Shown: piece after piece, positions 41,809-51,091 of the stretch | Layout: every line of letters begins with the position of its first letter | Position numbering within the stretch: position 1 is the stretch's first letter | Notes under the pieces: generated by a model | Told to the model about the DNA's origin: nothing | Seen by the model: the letters and a program-made list of their open reading frames with translations, nothing else | Database searches by the model: none | Position numbers and translations under genes: made by a program | Assembly: GCA_965217895.1 (NCBI GenBank) | Contig: CBDCJV010000002.1 | Span: 3,584,001-3,648,000, forward strand | Source of the DNA: Waterburya sp. | GTDB taxonomy: Bacteria; Cyanobacteriota; Cyanobacteriia; Cyanobacteriales; Xenococcaceae | Reading direction: 5' to 3' | Length of the DNA stretch: 64,000 bases

Positions 41809-42193
41809 ATTCTCCGATTTGGATCGATCCTCAAGCATTTCGTTTACTTCAGAGTGAAAGTCTTGCAGAATATGGTGGACTCCAGAAATGAGAAACGAAA
41901 GTCTACTTGTGTCTGCTTTAGCACGTCCACAGAATCTTTTTGCCTACGAACAAGTAACTGATATATGCCGATTAGCTGCTGCTTACGCTTACGGGATCAC
42001 CAAAAATCACTCTTTTATAGATGGTAATAAACGCGCTGCTTTTCTCTCTATTGGTTTGTTTCTAGCGTTAAATGGTTTTAATTTGCAAGTAGAGCAGCAA
42101 GAAGCGGTCAAGACAATACTATCCTTAGCTGCGGGAGATTTGGATGAGTCAGCATTAACAAATTGGATTGCCAAGTATAGTGTAAGTCTATGA
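41805..42193 (+). pseudogene. Doc (Fic) toxin, frameshifted
   Basis: GTG 41805 reads ..SLAEYGGL; the rest (SALARP, HSFIDGNKR) is in another frame (offset 83 nt to ATG 41888). Confidence 0.75.
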
Positions 42194-42202
42194 TTGCAAA
42201 AA

Positions 42203-42258
42203 GCGATGTCTTCAACTAGCTTCGCGAGCGCATCTCTTATTTTGACTCAACTTTAACT
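42203..42258 (+). repeat. HIP1-anchored repeat B, HIP1 split by a 21-nt insert
   Basis: GCGAT[GTCTTCAACTAGCTTCGCGAG]CGCATCTCTTATTTTGACTCAACTTTAACT. Confidence 0.75.
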
Positions 42259-42323
42259 TATTACTAATCAATTGTTTAATGTTATTGAATAAATAATAAT
42301 TTTATTATGCTATTCAGAGAAGA

Positions 42324-42656
42324 TTAGTATAACTCCAAACAATGTAAATTAGGATTGTTTAAAAGCTCTTGAATAGCCCCTTTTCCAGAGCGAATTAAGG
42401 TTTCTACTTCTTTTGTTGGTGCATTTCCACACCGTAGCCAAACTACTTTGGGAGGAAAACCATACAAGCGACTTTTCTCCGCAAAGTCTACATCTTGAGT
42501 AACAATACAAAAATCGTTAACCTTGGCAAATTCCCAAATGTTAGTATCTGTTTTTTCTGCCAAGTCGTGAAATTGAACATGACTAGAATTAGGAAATATA
42601 TCTGCTAAACTATTAATTAATTTACGACTTAAATTTTGGTCAAAAAGTAGTTTCAA
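42324..42656 (-). CDS. DUF5615 PIN-like toxin
   Basis: MKLLFDQNLS, IVTQDVDF, PPKVVWLRCGN. Confidence 0.85.
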   Translation of the reverse strand: MKLLFDQNLSRKLINSLADIFPNSSHVQFHDLAEKTDTNIWEFAKVNDFCIVTQDVDFAEKSRLYGFPPKVVWLRCGNAPTKEVETLIRSGKGAIQELLNNPNLHCLELY

Positions 42657-42883
42657 TTAATATTTATAGAAGCAACTAAACGATGTTCGCGATCGGCAGC
42701 AAATTCCAAGCAGGCTTTGATATCCTCCTCGGTCAATTCAGGAAAGTCGTCTGTAATTTCATCATGAGACATCCCAGCAGCTAGCCAGCCTAAAACATCG
42801 TAGACAGTAATCCTCATTCGTCTAACACAGGGCTTTCCTCCTCGTTTATCTGGTTCAATTGTAATTAAGTCGCGATAACCCAT
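42653..42883 (-). CDS. DUF433 antitoxin
   Basis: GGKPCVRRMRITVYDVL, FPELTEEDIKACL; 4-nt overlap with the toxin gene. Confidence 0.88.
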   Translation of the reverse strand: MGYRDLITIEPDKRGGKPCVRRMRITVYDVLGWLAAGMSHDEITDDFPELTEEDIKACLEFAADREHRLVASININ

Positions 42884-42946
42884 GACTGCAAAAACATATT
42901 TTTATTATCAGCTATACTTTATCAAAAAATAGTAATGAGATAAGGA

Positions 42947-42981
42947 GAGATCGCATCTCTTCTTTTGACTCAGCTTTAACT
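42947..42981 (+). repeat. HIP1-anchored repeat C
   Basis: GAGATCGCATCTCTTCTTTTGACTCAGCTTTAACT. Confidence 0.75.
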
Positions 42982-43110
42982 AACTGTAAACTAAATATTT
43001 GCCAATTAAATTAATTTTTTCAGCTTTTATTAATTTAGCCTTCACGACAGGGAATTATCTAAATAAGTGCCATCTTGAATAATTGACCCTTATTTAAATT
43101 AATTTTGTTT

Positions 43111-45060
43111 ATGGAAGTTATATTTGGTTTAATAATTGGATTAATGGTAGGTGCTTTAAGTTTCTGGCTAATAATGCGTTCTCAAATCCAAGGAATAAAA
43201 GCTCAAAAACAGGCAAGTGATGAAAAACTGTCTCTTTATTGTTCACAACGAGAAACATTATCTACAGAAAACGATGAACAAAAGCAAAAAATTGCCAGAT
43301 TAGAAACAGAAATTCGTTCAACTCTCAGTAAATCAAGTGATGCAGACGCAAAGATATCGCGTTTATCAGAGTTACAACAAGAGTTAAAAAACAAAATGAG
43401 CGAGGTTCAACGTCTTCAATCACAAATTACTGTTCAAAAAGAAGATATATCCAGATTAAATGCCGATTTAAGAAACAAAGAGCAATCTGCCAAACAAAAA
43501 ATTGAAGAGTTAAATAGCAACTTACAGCAAATAAATTCGGAAAACAATCGCTATCAAAAAGAAATAGAATTAGCCAACCAAAAGAACGCAATGGCTAACG
43601 CTCAACAAGAACAACTAAGTTATCTTAAACAAGAGCTTGAACAAGAAAAAATCAAAAATCAAGAGTTTCAAGTTGAAAAAACTGATTTAATAGCAAAGTT
43701 ATCTAACTTAGAATCTCAATTAAATTTACTGGAAAATAAAGAGCAATCTGCCAAACAAAAAATTGAAGAGTTAAATAGCAACTTACAGCAGATAAATTCG
43801 GAAAACAATCGCTATCAAAAAGAAATAGAATTAGCCAACCAAAAGAACGCAATGGCTAACGCTCAACAAGAACAACTAAGTTATCTTAAACAAGAACTCG
43901 AACAAGAAAAAATCAAAAATCAAGAGTTTCAAGTTGAAAAAACTGATTTAATAGCAAAGTTATCTAACTTAGAATCTCAATTAAATTTACTGGAAAACTT
44001 AGAACAAAAATTTACAAGTACTTTTGAACTTCTCTCTTCTAAAGCTTTACAACATAATAATCAGCAATTTATTGAAGTAGCCAAAGAAACTTTTGCCAAC
44101 ATTCATCAGTCCTCTCATAATCGATTAGACAGCTTAGTTTCACCCTTAAATAACTCCCTTGAAGCATTTAATAAACAAATCAAAGAAATTGAAAATTCTC
44201 GACAAGAGGATAAAGGTAAAATTTCAGAACAATTAAAATCCGTCGTTAATGCTCAGTATCAACTTCAAACTGAAACCGCTAATTTATCAAAAGCTTTGCG
44301 TCAGCCTGTAGTTCGTGGTAGATGGGGAGAAATGCAATTAAAGCGCGTGGTAGAAATGTCAGGAATGCAAGAACACTGCGACTTTAGTATACAAGAAACT
44401 GTTCACACTGAAAATGGTTCTCTCAGACCAGACTTAATTGTCAAGCTTCCTGGCAAAAGACAAGTGATTGTAGATTCCAAAGCTCCTTTAAAAGGATATT
44501 TAGAAGCTACAGAAGCAAAAGAAGAATCGATACAGCTTGAATGTTTGAAAAATCATGCTGCATCGATTCGTACTCATATTAATCAACTAAGTTCTAAAAA
44601 TTATTGGGAACTATTCGAGCAAACACCTGAATTTGTGATTATGTTTTTACCTGGTGAAGTATTTTTCAGTGCTGCCCTTCAACAAGATCCCAGACTAATC
44701 GAGTTTGGCATAGAAAAGAAAGTTATTTTGGCGACACCGACAACTTTAATTACACTATTAAAAACTATAGAATACGGTTGGAGACAGGAACGAGTTGCAG
44801 AAAATGCTCAGGCAATTGGTGATTTAGGTCGAGAACTATATGACAGATTAATTAAATTTACAGATCATTTAATTACTGTCCGCAAAAAGCTCGATGATAC
44901 TGTTAAAGCATACAACACAACAATAGGCTCTTATGAATCTCGACTTCTTGTTTCGGCTCGGAAATTTCAAGAAATAGGTAGTTATGGTAATGATGGGATT
45001 GAACGTATTCAACCAATTGAGCGTCATCTAAGATCGTTAACACAAGAGCATAATCCATGA
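43111..45060 (+). CDS. rmuC: DNA recombination protein RmuC with an extended coiled coil
   Basis: N-terminal TM; RGRWGEMQL, LRPDLIVKLP, VDSKAPL, FVIMFLPGE, ATPTTL. Confidence 0.9.
   Translation: MEVIFGLIIGLMVGALSFWLIMRSQIQGIKAQKQASDEKLSLYCSQRETLSTENDEQKQKIARLETEIRSTLSKSSDADAKISRLSELQQELKNKMSEVQRLQSQITVQKEDISRLNADLRNKEQSAKQKIEELNSNLQQINSENNRYQKEIELANQKNAMANAQQEQLSYLKQELEQEKIKNQEFQVEKTDLIAKLSNLESQLNLLENKEQSAKQKIEELNSNLQQINSENNRYQKEIELANQKNAMANAQQEQLSYLKQELEQEKIKNQEFQVEKTDLIAKLSNLESQLNLLENLEQKFTSTFELLSSKALQHNNQQFIEVAKETFANIHQSSHNRLDSLVSPLNNSLEAFNKQIKEIENSRQEDKGKISEQLKSVVNAQYQLQTETANLSKALRQPVVRGRWGEMQLKRVVEMSGMQEHCDFSIQETVHTENGSLRPDLIVKLPGKRQVIVDSKAPLKGYLEATEAKEESIQLECLKNHAASIRTHINQLSSKNYWELFEQTPEFVIMFLPGEVFFSAALQQDPRLIEFGIEKKVILATPTTLITLLKTIEYGWRQERVAENAQAIGDLGRELYDRLIKFTDHLITVRKKLDDTVKAYNTTIGSYESRLLVSARKFQEIGSYGNDGIERIQPIERHLRSLTQEHNP
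43477..43997 (+). repeat. Tandem 261-bp (87-aa) duplication within rmuC
   Basis: Units start at 43477 and 43738 and are nearly identical. Confidence 0.92.
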
Positions 45061-45083
45061 AAATGACAAACAATATATAAATT

Positions 45084-45112
45084 GCGATCGCCTTATTGCC
45101 TTTACTCAACTA
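45084..45112 (+). repeat. Diverged HIP1-anchored repeat D
   Basis: GCGATCGCCTTATTGCCTTTACTCAACTA, preceded by AAAATGACAAA as at the glcE start. Confidence 0.45.
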
Positions 45113-45241
45113 GAATATTTATATTCCTCCTCCCTTCAAATAAATGCCTATTTTACCGATCAAAAACATCCACACCCTAGTCATACCAATTTAATACTAA
45201 ACTTTAAAGTTAAAACTTTTTATAAACAAAGCAGTTATTCA

Positions 45242-45538
45242 ATGAATAAAGAAAAATTGAAAACCTATCGCGCTCAAATCATCGCTCTTGCCGAACGCTA
45301 TCATGCTCCTAATATAAGAGTATTTGGTTCCACAGTAAGAGAAGACAGTACATCTAAAAGCGATGTAGATTTTTTAATAGATATCTCGCCAGAACAATCA
45401 CTACTCGATCTAATTGCCTTTACTCGCGAGTTAAAAGAGCTTCTTGGTTGCGAAGTTGATGTAGCCCAAAGCACCGTACTTCATCCAATAATAAGAGATG
45501 AAGTTTTAAGGGAGGCTGTTTCTTTAGATAGTTTGTAG
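45242..45538 (+). CDS. Minimal nucleotidyltransferase (MNT) antitoxin
   Basis: RVFGS..R....SDVDFLID, LLGCEVDV. Confidence 0.85.
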   Translation: MNKEKLKTYRAQIIALAERYHAPNIRVFGSTVREDSTSKSDVDFLIDISPEQSLLDLIAFTRELKELLGCEVDVAQSTVLHPIIRDEVLREAVSLDSL

Positions 45539-45555
45539 TGAAGTGTTTAAAATTA

Positions 45556-45798
45556 ATGTCCAAAAAAAGAAACCCTCTACTTTTTCTGACTGATATTATT
45601 GAGGCAATAGAAAGAATAGAATCATATACTAGCTTGGGAAAACAGCAGTTTTTTGAAAATATAGCATTTCAAGATGCAACTTTTTTTAGGTTGCAAACTA
45701 TTGGTGAGGCTGTTGTAGGGGCGTGTCTTGGTGAGCGTTCCCTTGCGCCTGACGGCGACGCGGTGAGACAGTTGCGGTGGACGGGTTTCCCGGCATAA
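45556..45798 (+). pseudogene. HepT/DUF86 HEPN toxin, truncated
   Basis: LTDIIEAIERIE..QDAT..RLQTIGEA, then runs into a REP mosaic; the RxxxxH active site is absent. Confidence 0.75.
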
Positions 45799-45852
45799 GC
45801 AAACTGTCGAACCCTTTAGGGGGTCTCACCGCTTTCGCGAAACGCCCTTACA
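45714..45852. repeat. GTAG-type REP palindrome with nested hairpin inserts
   Basis: TGTAGGGGCGT[~108 bp]TTCGCGAAACGCCCTTACA; inner stems GCGGTGAGAC..GTCTCACCGC and GACAGTT..AACTGTC. Confidence 0.75.
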
Positions 45853-45984
45853 GAATATGTCGCATTCTTTTTTCTATACCGAGCATTGCTATATCTAGGG
45901 CGTGTCATCAATTAAATATTTGCTACTCTTAATGGGACAATAGTTAAGCTGACAATCATGTTGATCTAGTTAGATTTAGCCAAA

Positions 45985-47283
45985 ATGACAAATGCGATCG
46001 CAACTCAACTAAAATCGCTCATTGATAATAAGACAGAATTAGTTGAACTAACAGAGGCTGATGTCTATTGGCAAAACAAGATAAATCAAGCAGTTTTAAA
46101 TATTGACACACCAATATACTTGGTGTTTCCTCAAGCTGTAGATACTTTGGCCAAGATAGTTAAACAAGCATTTTTACACCAGTGGCGTATTTTGATTTGC
46201 GGTAACGGCAGTAAATTAACTTGGGGTAATCTAAGTCAGGATATAAATATAGTAATTAGTACGCAAAAATGCGATCGCCTGGTTGAACACGCCGTAGGCG
46301 ATCTCACGGTAACAGTAGAAGCAGGAATGAAACTAGCTGATTTACAGGCAGTATTGCGATCGCACAATCAGTTTTTACCTCTAGATCCTAGCTATCCAGA
46401 GACAGCCAGCTTGGGGGGAATTGTCGCCACAGCCGATGCAGGAAGTTGGCGACAGCGTTATGGTAGCGTGCGGGATCTGTTATTAGGATTATCTTTTGTT
46501 CGCGCTGATGGTGAAATTGCCAAAGCAGGAGGTAGAGTAGTTAAAAACGTAGCAGGTTATGACCTGATGAAATTATTTACGGGTGCTTATGGTACTTTGG
46601 GGATAATTTCCCAGCTTACTTTTCGGACTTATCCTTTAATTACTACTTCTAAAACTTTATTATTGACAGGAAAAGCAGAGCAAATCACTCAAGCTTGCCA
46701 AACAATTCGTAATTCTGGGTTAACTCCCACTGCCTTAGATTTACTTTCTGCTGCGGTGGTAGAGCAATTGGGTTTAGGGAAAGATATTGGTTTAGTGATG
46801 CGTTGGCAAACCATACCAGAAAGCATTGAGCAACAGCTTGAGCAAGTACAGGCGATCGCCAAAGAACTTAATTTAACCATTAAGATATACGAAAATCAGG
46901 CGGAAACAGATTTATGGCAACAATGCGCCACAACTCCTGATTCTGATACAGCAATCACCTGCAAAATAGGTATTTCTCCCGCTGCTGCCGTAAATTTTCT
47001 ACAGTTAAAACAGATTGAGTCGCAAAATATCGCGGCGAGAGTTCACGCAGCTAGTGGCATTGGAGAACTACAGCTAAAAAATATAGATTATCAGGCTATT
47101 ACAGAAATGCGATCGCACTGCCAACAAAACTCTGGTTTTCTCACTATTCTCCATGCAGCCAAATCGGTCAAACAAGAAATAGATATTTGGGGCTATACAG
47201 GGAATGCTAGACAAACTATGCAAACAATCAAAAACCAGTTCGATCCTCAGAATATTCTTAACCCTAACCGCTTTCTAGTCTAA
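45985..47283 (+). CDS. glcE: Glycolate dehydrogenase FAD-binding subunit
   Basis: DLTVTVEAG, GGRVVKNVAGYDLMKLFTG, FDPQNILNP; adjacent to glcF. Confidence 0.85.
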   Translation: MTNAIATQLKSLIDNKTELVELTEADVYWQNKINQAVLNIDTPIYLVFPQAVDTLAKIVKQAFLHQWRILICGNGSKLTWGNLSQDINIVISTQKCDRLVEHAVGDLTVTVEAGMKLADLQAVLRSHNQFLPLDPSYPETASLGGIVATADAGSWRQRYGSVRDLLLGLSFVRADGEIAKAGGRVVKNVAGYDLMKLFTGAYGTLGIISQLTFRTYPLITTSKTLLLTGKAEQITQACQTIRNSGLTPTALDLLSAAVVEQLGLGKDIGLVMRWQTIPESIEQQLEQVQAIAKELNLTIKIYENQAETDLWQQCATTPDSDTAITCKIGISPAAAVNFLQLKQIESQNIAARVHAASGIGELQLKNIDYQAITEMRSHCQQNSGFLTILHAAKSVKQEIDIWGYTGNARQTMQTIKNQFDPQNILNPNRFLV

Positions 47284-47309
47284 TAAATATCGCTAGGATA
47301 TATAAACCT

Positions 47310-47338
47310 TGTAAGGGCAGATCGCGATCGGCCCTTAC
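47310..47338. repeat. REP-like palindrome
   Basis: GTAAGGGCAGATCGCGATCGGCCCTTAC. Confidence 0.65.
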
Positions 47339-47361
47339 GTAAGATTAAAAATTGTTAACAA

Positions 47362-48678
47362 ATGACCAATTTTGATGCTAAAAATCCTCCGAAGCCAGAA
47401 TTAATAGATACCTGTGTTCATTGTGGCTTTTGTCTTGCTACCTGTCCTAGTTATCGAGTAATTGGCAAAGAAATGGATTCTCCTAGAGGCAGAATTTATT
47501 TAATGGATGCCATCAACAAGGGTGAGGCAACTATCGACATTGCCACCTCTCAACATTTTGATTCTTGTTTAGGCTGTCTTGCTTGCGTGACTACCTGCCC
47601 TTCTGGAGTACAGTACGATAAATTGATCGCCGCTACTCGCCCGCAGATAGAAAGAAATCAACCCCGCAGTTTAGGTGACAGGTTAATTAGAACTTTAATT
47701 TTTAATTTGTTTCCCTATCCTAATCGTCTACGCAACTTACTTCCTCCTCTATGGCTATATCAAAAATCAGGTTTGCAAAAGTTTTTACGTAGCCAAGGAA
47801 TACTTAAAAAGTTTGTTCCTCGTTTGGCAGCGATGGAGGCGATTTTACCTGCTATCACTGCTGATGCTTGGCAAGATAACTTACCTGAAGTAATACCCGC
47901 CCAAGGAAAAAAACGCTATCGTGTGGGCATGATTTTGGGCTGCGTCCAACGACTGTTTTTCTCTCCTGTAAATGAAGCGACTGCTAGAGTATTGACTGCT
48001 AATGGTTGCGAAGTTGTGATTCCCAAAGCTCAAGGCTGTTGTGCTGCCCTGCCTGCCCATCAGGGGCAAGAAGCTCAAGCACAGACTTTAGCCAGACAAA
48101 TGATCGACAGCTTTATAGATCTTGAACTTGATGCAATCATTATTAATGCTGCTGGTTGTGGACATACTCTCAAAGAATATGGTCATATTTTGGCTGATGA
48201 TCCAGAATATAAAGCCAAGGCTGAAGCATTTGTCAGCAAAGTTAAGGATGTTCAAGAATTTTTATCCTCAATAGAATTAACCGCCGAACTACATCCCTTA
48301 ACATCATCAGAAATCACAATTGTTTATCAAGATGCTTGCCATCTTTTACACGGACAAAAAATTAGTCTTCAGCCACGACAACTTTTAAGACAAATTCCTG
48401 GAGTTAAATTACGCGAACCTCTTGATGCCAGCTTATGCTGTGGTAGTGCGGGTATTTATAATATGTTGCAACCTGAAACAGCAGACGAATTAGGCAAACA
48501 AAAAGCCACAAACTTGCTCGATACGGGAGCAAGTTTGATTGCTTCAGCTAATCCTGGTTGTTCTTTACAAATACAAAAGCATTTAGAGTTACAAAATTCC
48601 CAGGTTAAATTATTACATCCGATTGAATTGTTAGACTATTCAATTCAGGGAAAGAAAATAGATGAGATTAAAGCCTAA
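47362..48678 (+). CDS. glcF: Glycolate dehydrogenase Fe-S subunit
   Basis: CVHCGFCLATCP, CLGCLACVTTCP, CCG domains. Confidence 0.88.
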   Translation: MTNFDAKNPPKPELIDTCVHCGFCLATCPSYRVIGKEMDSPRGRIYLMDAINKGEATIDIATSQHFDSCLGCLACVTTCPSGVQYDKLIAATRPQIERNQPRSLGDRLIRTLIFNLFPYPNRLRNLLPPLWLYQKSGLQKFLRSQGILKKFVPRLAAMEAILPAITADAWQDNLPEVIPAQGKKRYRVGMILGCVQRLFFSPVNEATARVLTANGCEVVIPKAQGCCAALPAHQGQEAQAQTLARQMIDSFIDLELDAIIINAAGCGHTLKEYGHILADDPEYKAKAEAFVSKVKDVQEFLSSIELTAELHPLTSSEITIVYQDACHLLHGQKISLQPRQLLRQIPGVKLREPLDASLCCGSAGIYNMLQPETADELGKQKATNLLDTGASLIASANPGCSLQIQKHLELQNSQVKLLHPIELLDYSIQGKKIDEIKA

Positions 48679-48843
48679 AATCCAATCTGTGACTTTGGCG
48701 ATCGCTTCTCTTAGCATTACATAGCAAAGTAAGTCCTAAGCTCTTGTATGCTCTTAAATCCCATCTTAGAAACAAAAAAGAGGTGATTTCCCGTAAAAAA
48801 CGCTACTATTTTTATTAACGATAATAAAGTTTTGTAACTAAAA

Positions 48844-49455
48844 GTGACCGCAACCTATCCCCAAGATATTTCCACCGCCTCTAGTAGTTGGTACTCCCTA
48901 AAACCAATTTGGCAAGGAGGACAAGAAACCGTCCAACAAGGATTACCCCATAAGCAGTTAGCACCCACATGGCAAATGCTTTTATTGGGAGATGGCTCGC
49001 CGACTCACCTTTTGCAATTACTTACAGGCGAAAGAACTGAAGTAGACGTAATAGATATGTCTTTAATTGGTAAAAAAGACGATGGCGCACCAGAAGAAAT
49101 TGAGGCGATCGCCGAACCAAGATTGAGAAGACAGGTATGGTTGCGAACTACATCAGGTCAAAGATTAGCCTATGCTGCTTCTTGGTGGAACGCTAGTAAT
49201 GTTGATGATTATCTGCAAAATCGCTCTTTACCCGTATGGCGAAGCCTTTCTACACTCCATACAGAACTTTATCGAGATGTACGAGGAATTTATTATGGTA
49301 ATTCTTCGGCTTTAGAGTCGGCATTTGGCGAAAAAGCACCCTTTTGGGGTCGTCATTACCTTTTTTGGCACGATGGACAACCCTTAACTCTAATATATGA
49401 GGTTTTTTCTCCCTATTTACGGAAATATCTGGGAGAAATGTCGCAAAAACATTAA
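48844..49455 (+). CDS. ubiC: Chorismate pyruvate-lyase (Ycf21/DUF98)
   Basis: LLGDGSPT, LRRQVWL, YAASWW, LTLIYEVFSP. Confidence 0.78.
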   Translation: MTATYPQDISTASSSWYSLKPIWQGGQETVQQGLPHKQLAPTWQMLLLGDGSPTHLLQLLTGERTEVDVIDMSLIGKKDDGAPEEIEAIAEPRLRRQVWLRTTSGQRLAYAASWWNASNVDDYLQNRSLPVWRSLSTLHTELYRDVRGIYYGNSSALESAFGEKAPFWGRHYLFWHDGQPLTLIYEVFSPYLRKYLGEMSQKH

Positions 49456-49574
49456 GTTACCAAATCTAAATTCTTTATGATTTCTTGACCCCATCTTTAC
49501 GTCCTGACCATATACTGACATCCAGAAAGCGCAAATTTGGCGTTTTTAATCTTATAGAGCAAGAGGATATTATT

Positions 49575-49910
49575 ATGGGTTTTCTTGGAAAACTGTTTGG
49601 CAAAAAAGAAGAAGATAAAGCAGCTAAAGCAGGAAAAGTTAAGGTTGCAGCCGCAGCCAAAGATAACGATATTGCCCCAGAAAAAGTTGGTCTAGATGGT
49701 CAATTTGACGAAAGCGGTTTGGCAAAGCGTGTTGCTCAAGCACTTGATGAAGCAGGAATCTCTGATAGTGTTGGACTTTGGGTGGCACAAACAGGCAGTA
49801 CAGTTGTTTTAAAATATAACCCTGATGCTGAAAGCGTTCTTTCTAAAGCAGAACAAGTTGCTAAAGGTGTAGACGGAGCAAGTGCCGTCCAAACCGTACC
49901 TAATAGCTAA
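49575..49910 (+). CDS. BON-like phospholipid-binding protein
   Basis: MGFLGKLFG, VGLDGQFDESGLAKRV, VAQTGSTVVLK; RBS AGAGG upstream. Confidence 0.65.
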   Translation: MGFLGKLFGKKEEDKAAKAGKVKVAAAAKDNDIAPEKVGLDGQFDESGLAKRVAQALDEAGISDSVGLWVAQTGSTVVLKYNPDAESVLSKAEQVAKGVDGASAVQTVPNS

Positions 49911-50079
49911 AAGACAAGTTAATGCAGGTTCAATTATTAGAGCCAAAAGGCTTTGGCTATGATGTTTTTCGCATCTAGCCTTTTTTATGTAAACTGCAAG
50001 CTTTGATAGAGAGTTTTACAACTGCTACTAATCCAATATATTCTAGGTTTGAGCGATTATTCCCCACAAGGAGCAACAC

Positions 50080-51015
50080 ATGAAAGATAGACCTATTATT
50101 CTCGGTATAGTTGGCGACAGTGCAGCGGGTAAAACAACGTTGACGAAGGGAATTGCTCAAGTGTTAGGAAAAGACAACGTTACCGTAATCTGTACTGACG
50201 ACTATCATCGTTACGATCGCACCCAAAGAGCAGAAATGAAAATATCTGCTCTTAATCCAGACTGTAATTATTTAGACATTATAGAACAGCATTTAGCATT
50301 GCTACGTTCAGGAAAGTCTATCCTCAAGCCTATTTATAATCACAGTACGGGTGCTTTCGATCCGCCAGAATATATTGAGCCTCGTCAGTATGTTATTGTC
50401 GAAGGCTTACTAGGATATTCAACCCGTAGAATGCGAGATAGCTATGATGTAAAAACTTATCTAGCTCCCCCAGAACCCTTGAGATCGTACTGGAAAATTA
50501 AGCGAGATACTCGTAAAAGAGGATACAGCGAAGAACAAGTTCAAGACCAACTACGTCAAAGAGAACCAGACTCTGAAGCCTTTATCCGTCCACAGCGTAA
50601 ATGGGCAGATATGATTGTTAGCTTTTATCCTCCTGATGGAACAGGGTTGGAAGAAGACAACCTTATGCTTAATGCTAATTTAATCTTGCGTCCGACAATT
50701 CCTCATCCAGATTTAACCACTATTTTAAATTCTGAAGGCAATCATCTTGGTGCAGCTATTCGTCTGGGTTTAAGTCGTGATATGGGCAAACCCGTAGATA
50801 TTTTAGAAATTGATGGTCATGCAAGTTTAGAGCAGGTTAGAGAATTAGAAAAGATTATGTGTGGCGAAGTTCCCTATCTAGGTCAATTTTGTAGCCTAGA
50901 AGGAAACCAAGAATTAGGAAAGTTAACTGGAACTACTGGAGAAACTTTACAAAGTTATCCTCTGGCTTTAACTCAGTTACTGATCACCTACCATATGCTC
51001 AAAGCAGCTAGCTAA
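50080..51015 (+). CDS. Phosphoribulokinase/uridine kinase family paralogue
   Basis: GDSAAGKTT, DDYH, KPIYNHSTG, VEGL, KIKRD. Confidence 0.78.
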   Translation: MKDRPIILGIVGDSAAGKTTLTKGIAQVLGKDNVTVICTDDYHRYDRTQRAEMKISALNPDCNYLDIIEQHLALLRSGKSILKPIYNHSTGAFDPPEYIEPRQYVIVEGLLGYSTRRMRDSYDVKTYLAPPEPLRSYWKIKRDTRKRGYSEEQVQDQLRQREPDSEAFIRPQRKWADMIVSFYPPDGTGLEEDNLMLNANLILRPTIPHPDLTTILNSEGNHLGAAIRLGLSRDMGKPVDILEIDGHASLEQVRELEKIMCGEVPYLGQFCSLEGNQELGKLTGTTGETLQSYPLALTQLLITYHMLKAAS

Positions 51016-51091
51016 TAAGCATTGGTAACAAGTTAAGGAAATGTACCATCTGTCAAGTAGATGCAAATGAAAATTAGCTAAGGGCTGAACA

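Noticed and set aside
45895..45914. CTAGGGCGTGTCATCAATTA as an IS end
   Set aside because: It resembles an IS terminus but no partner end or transposase was found.
41385..46001. Classical integron
   Set aside because: No IntI tyrosine recombinase in the window, and the repeats lack the attC palindromic RYYYAAC..GTTRRRY structure.
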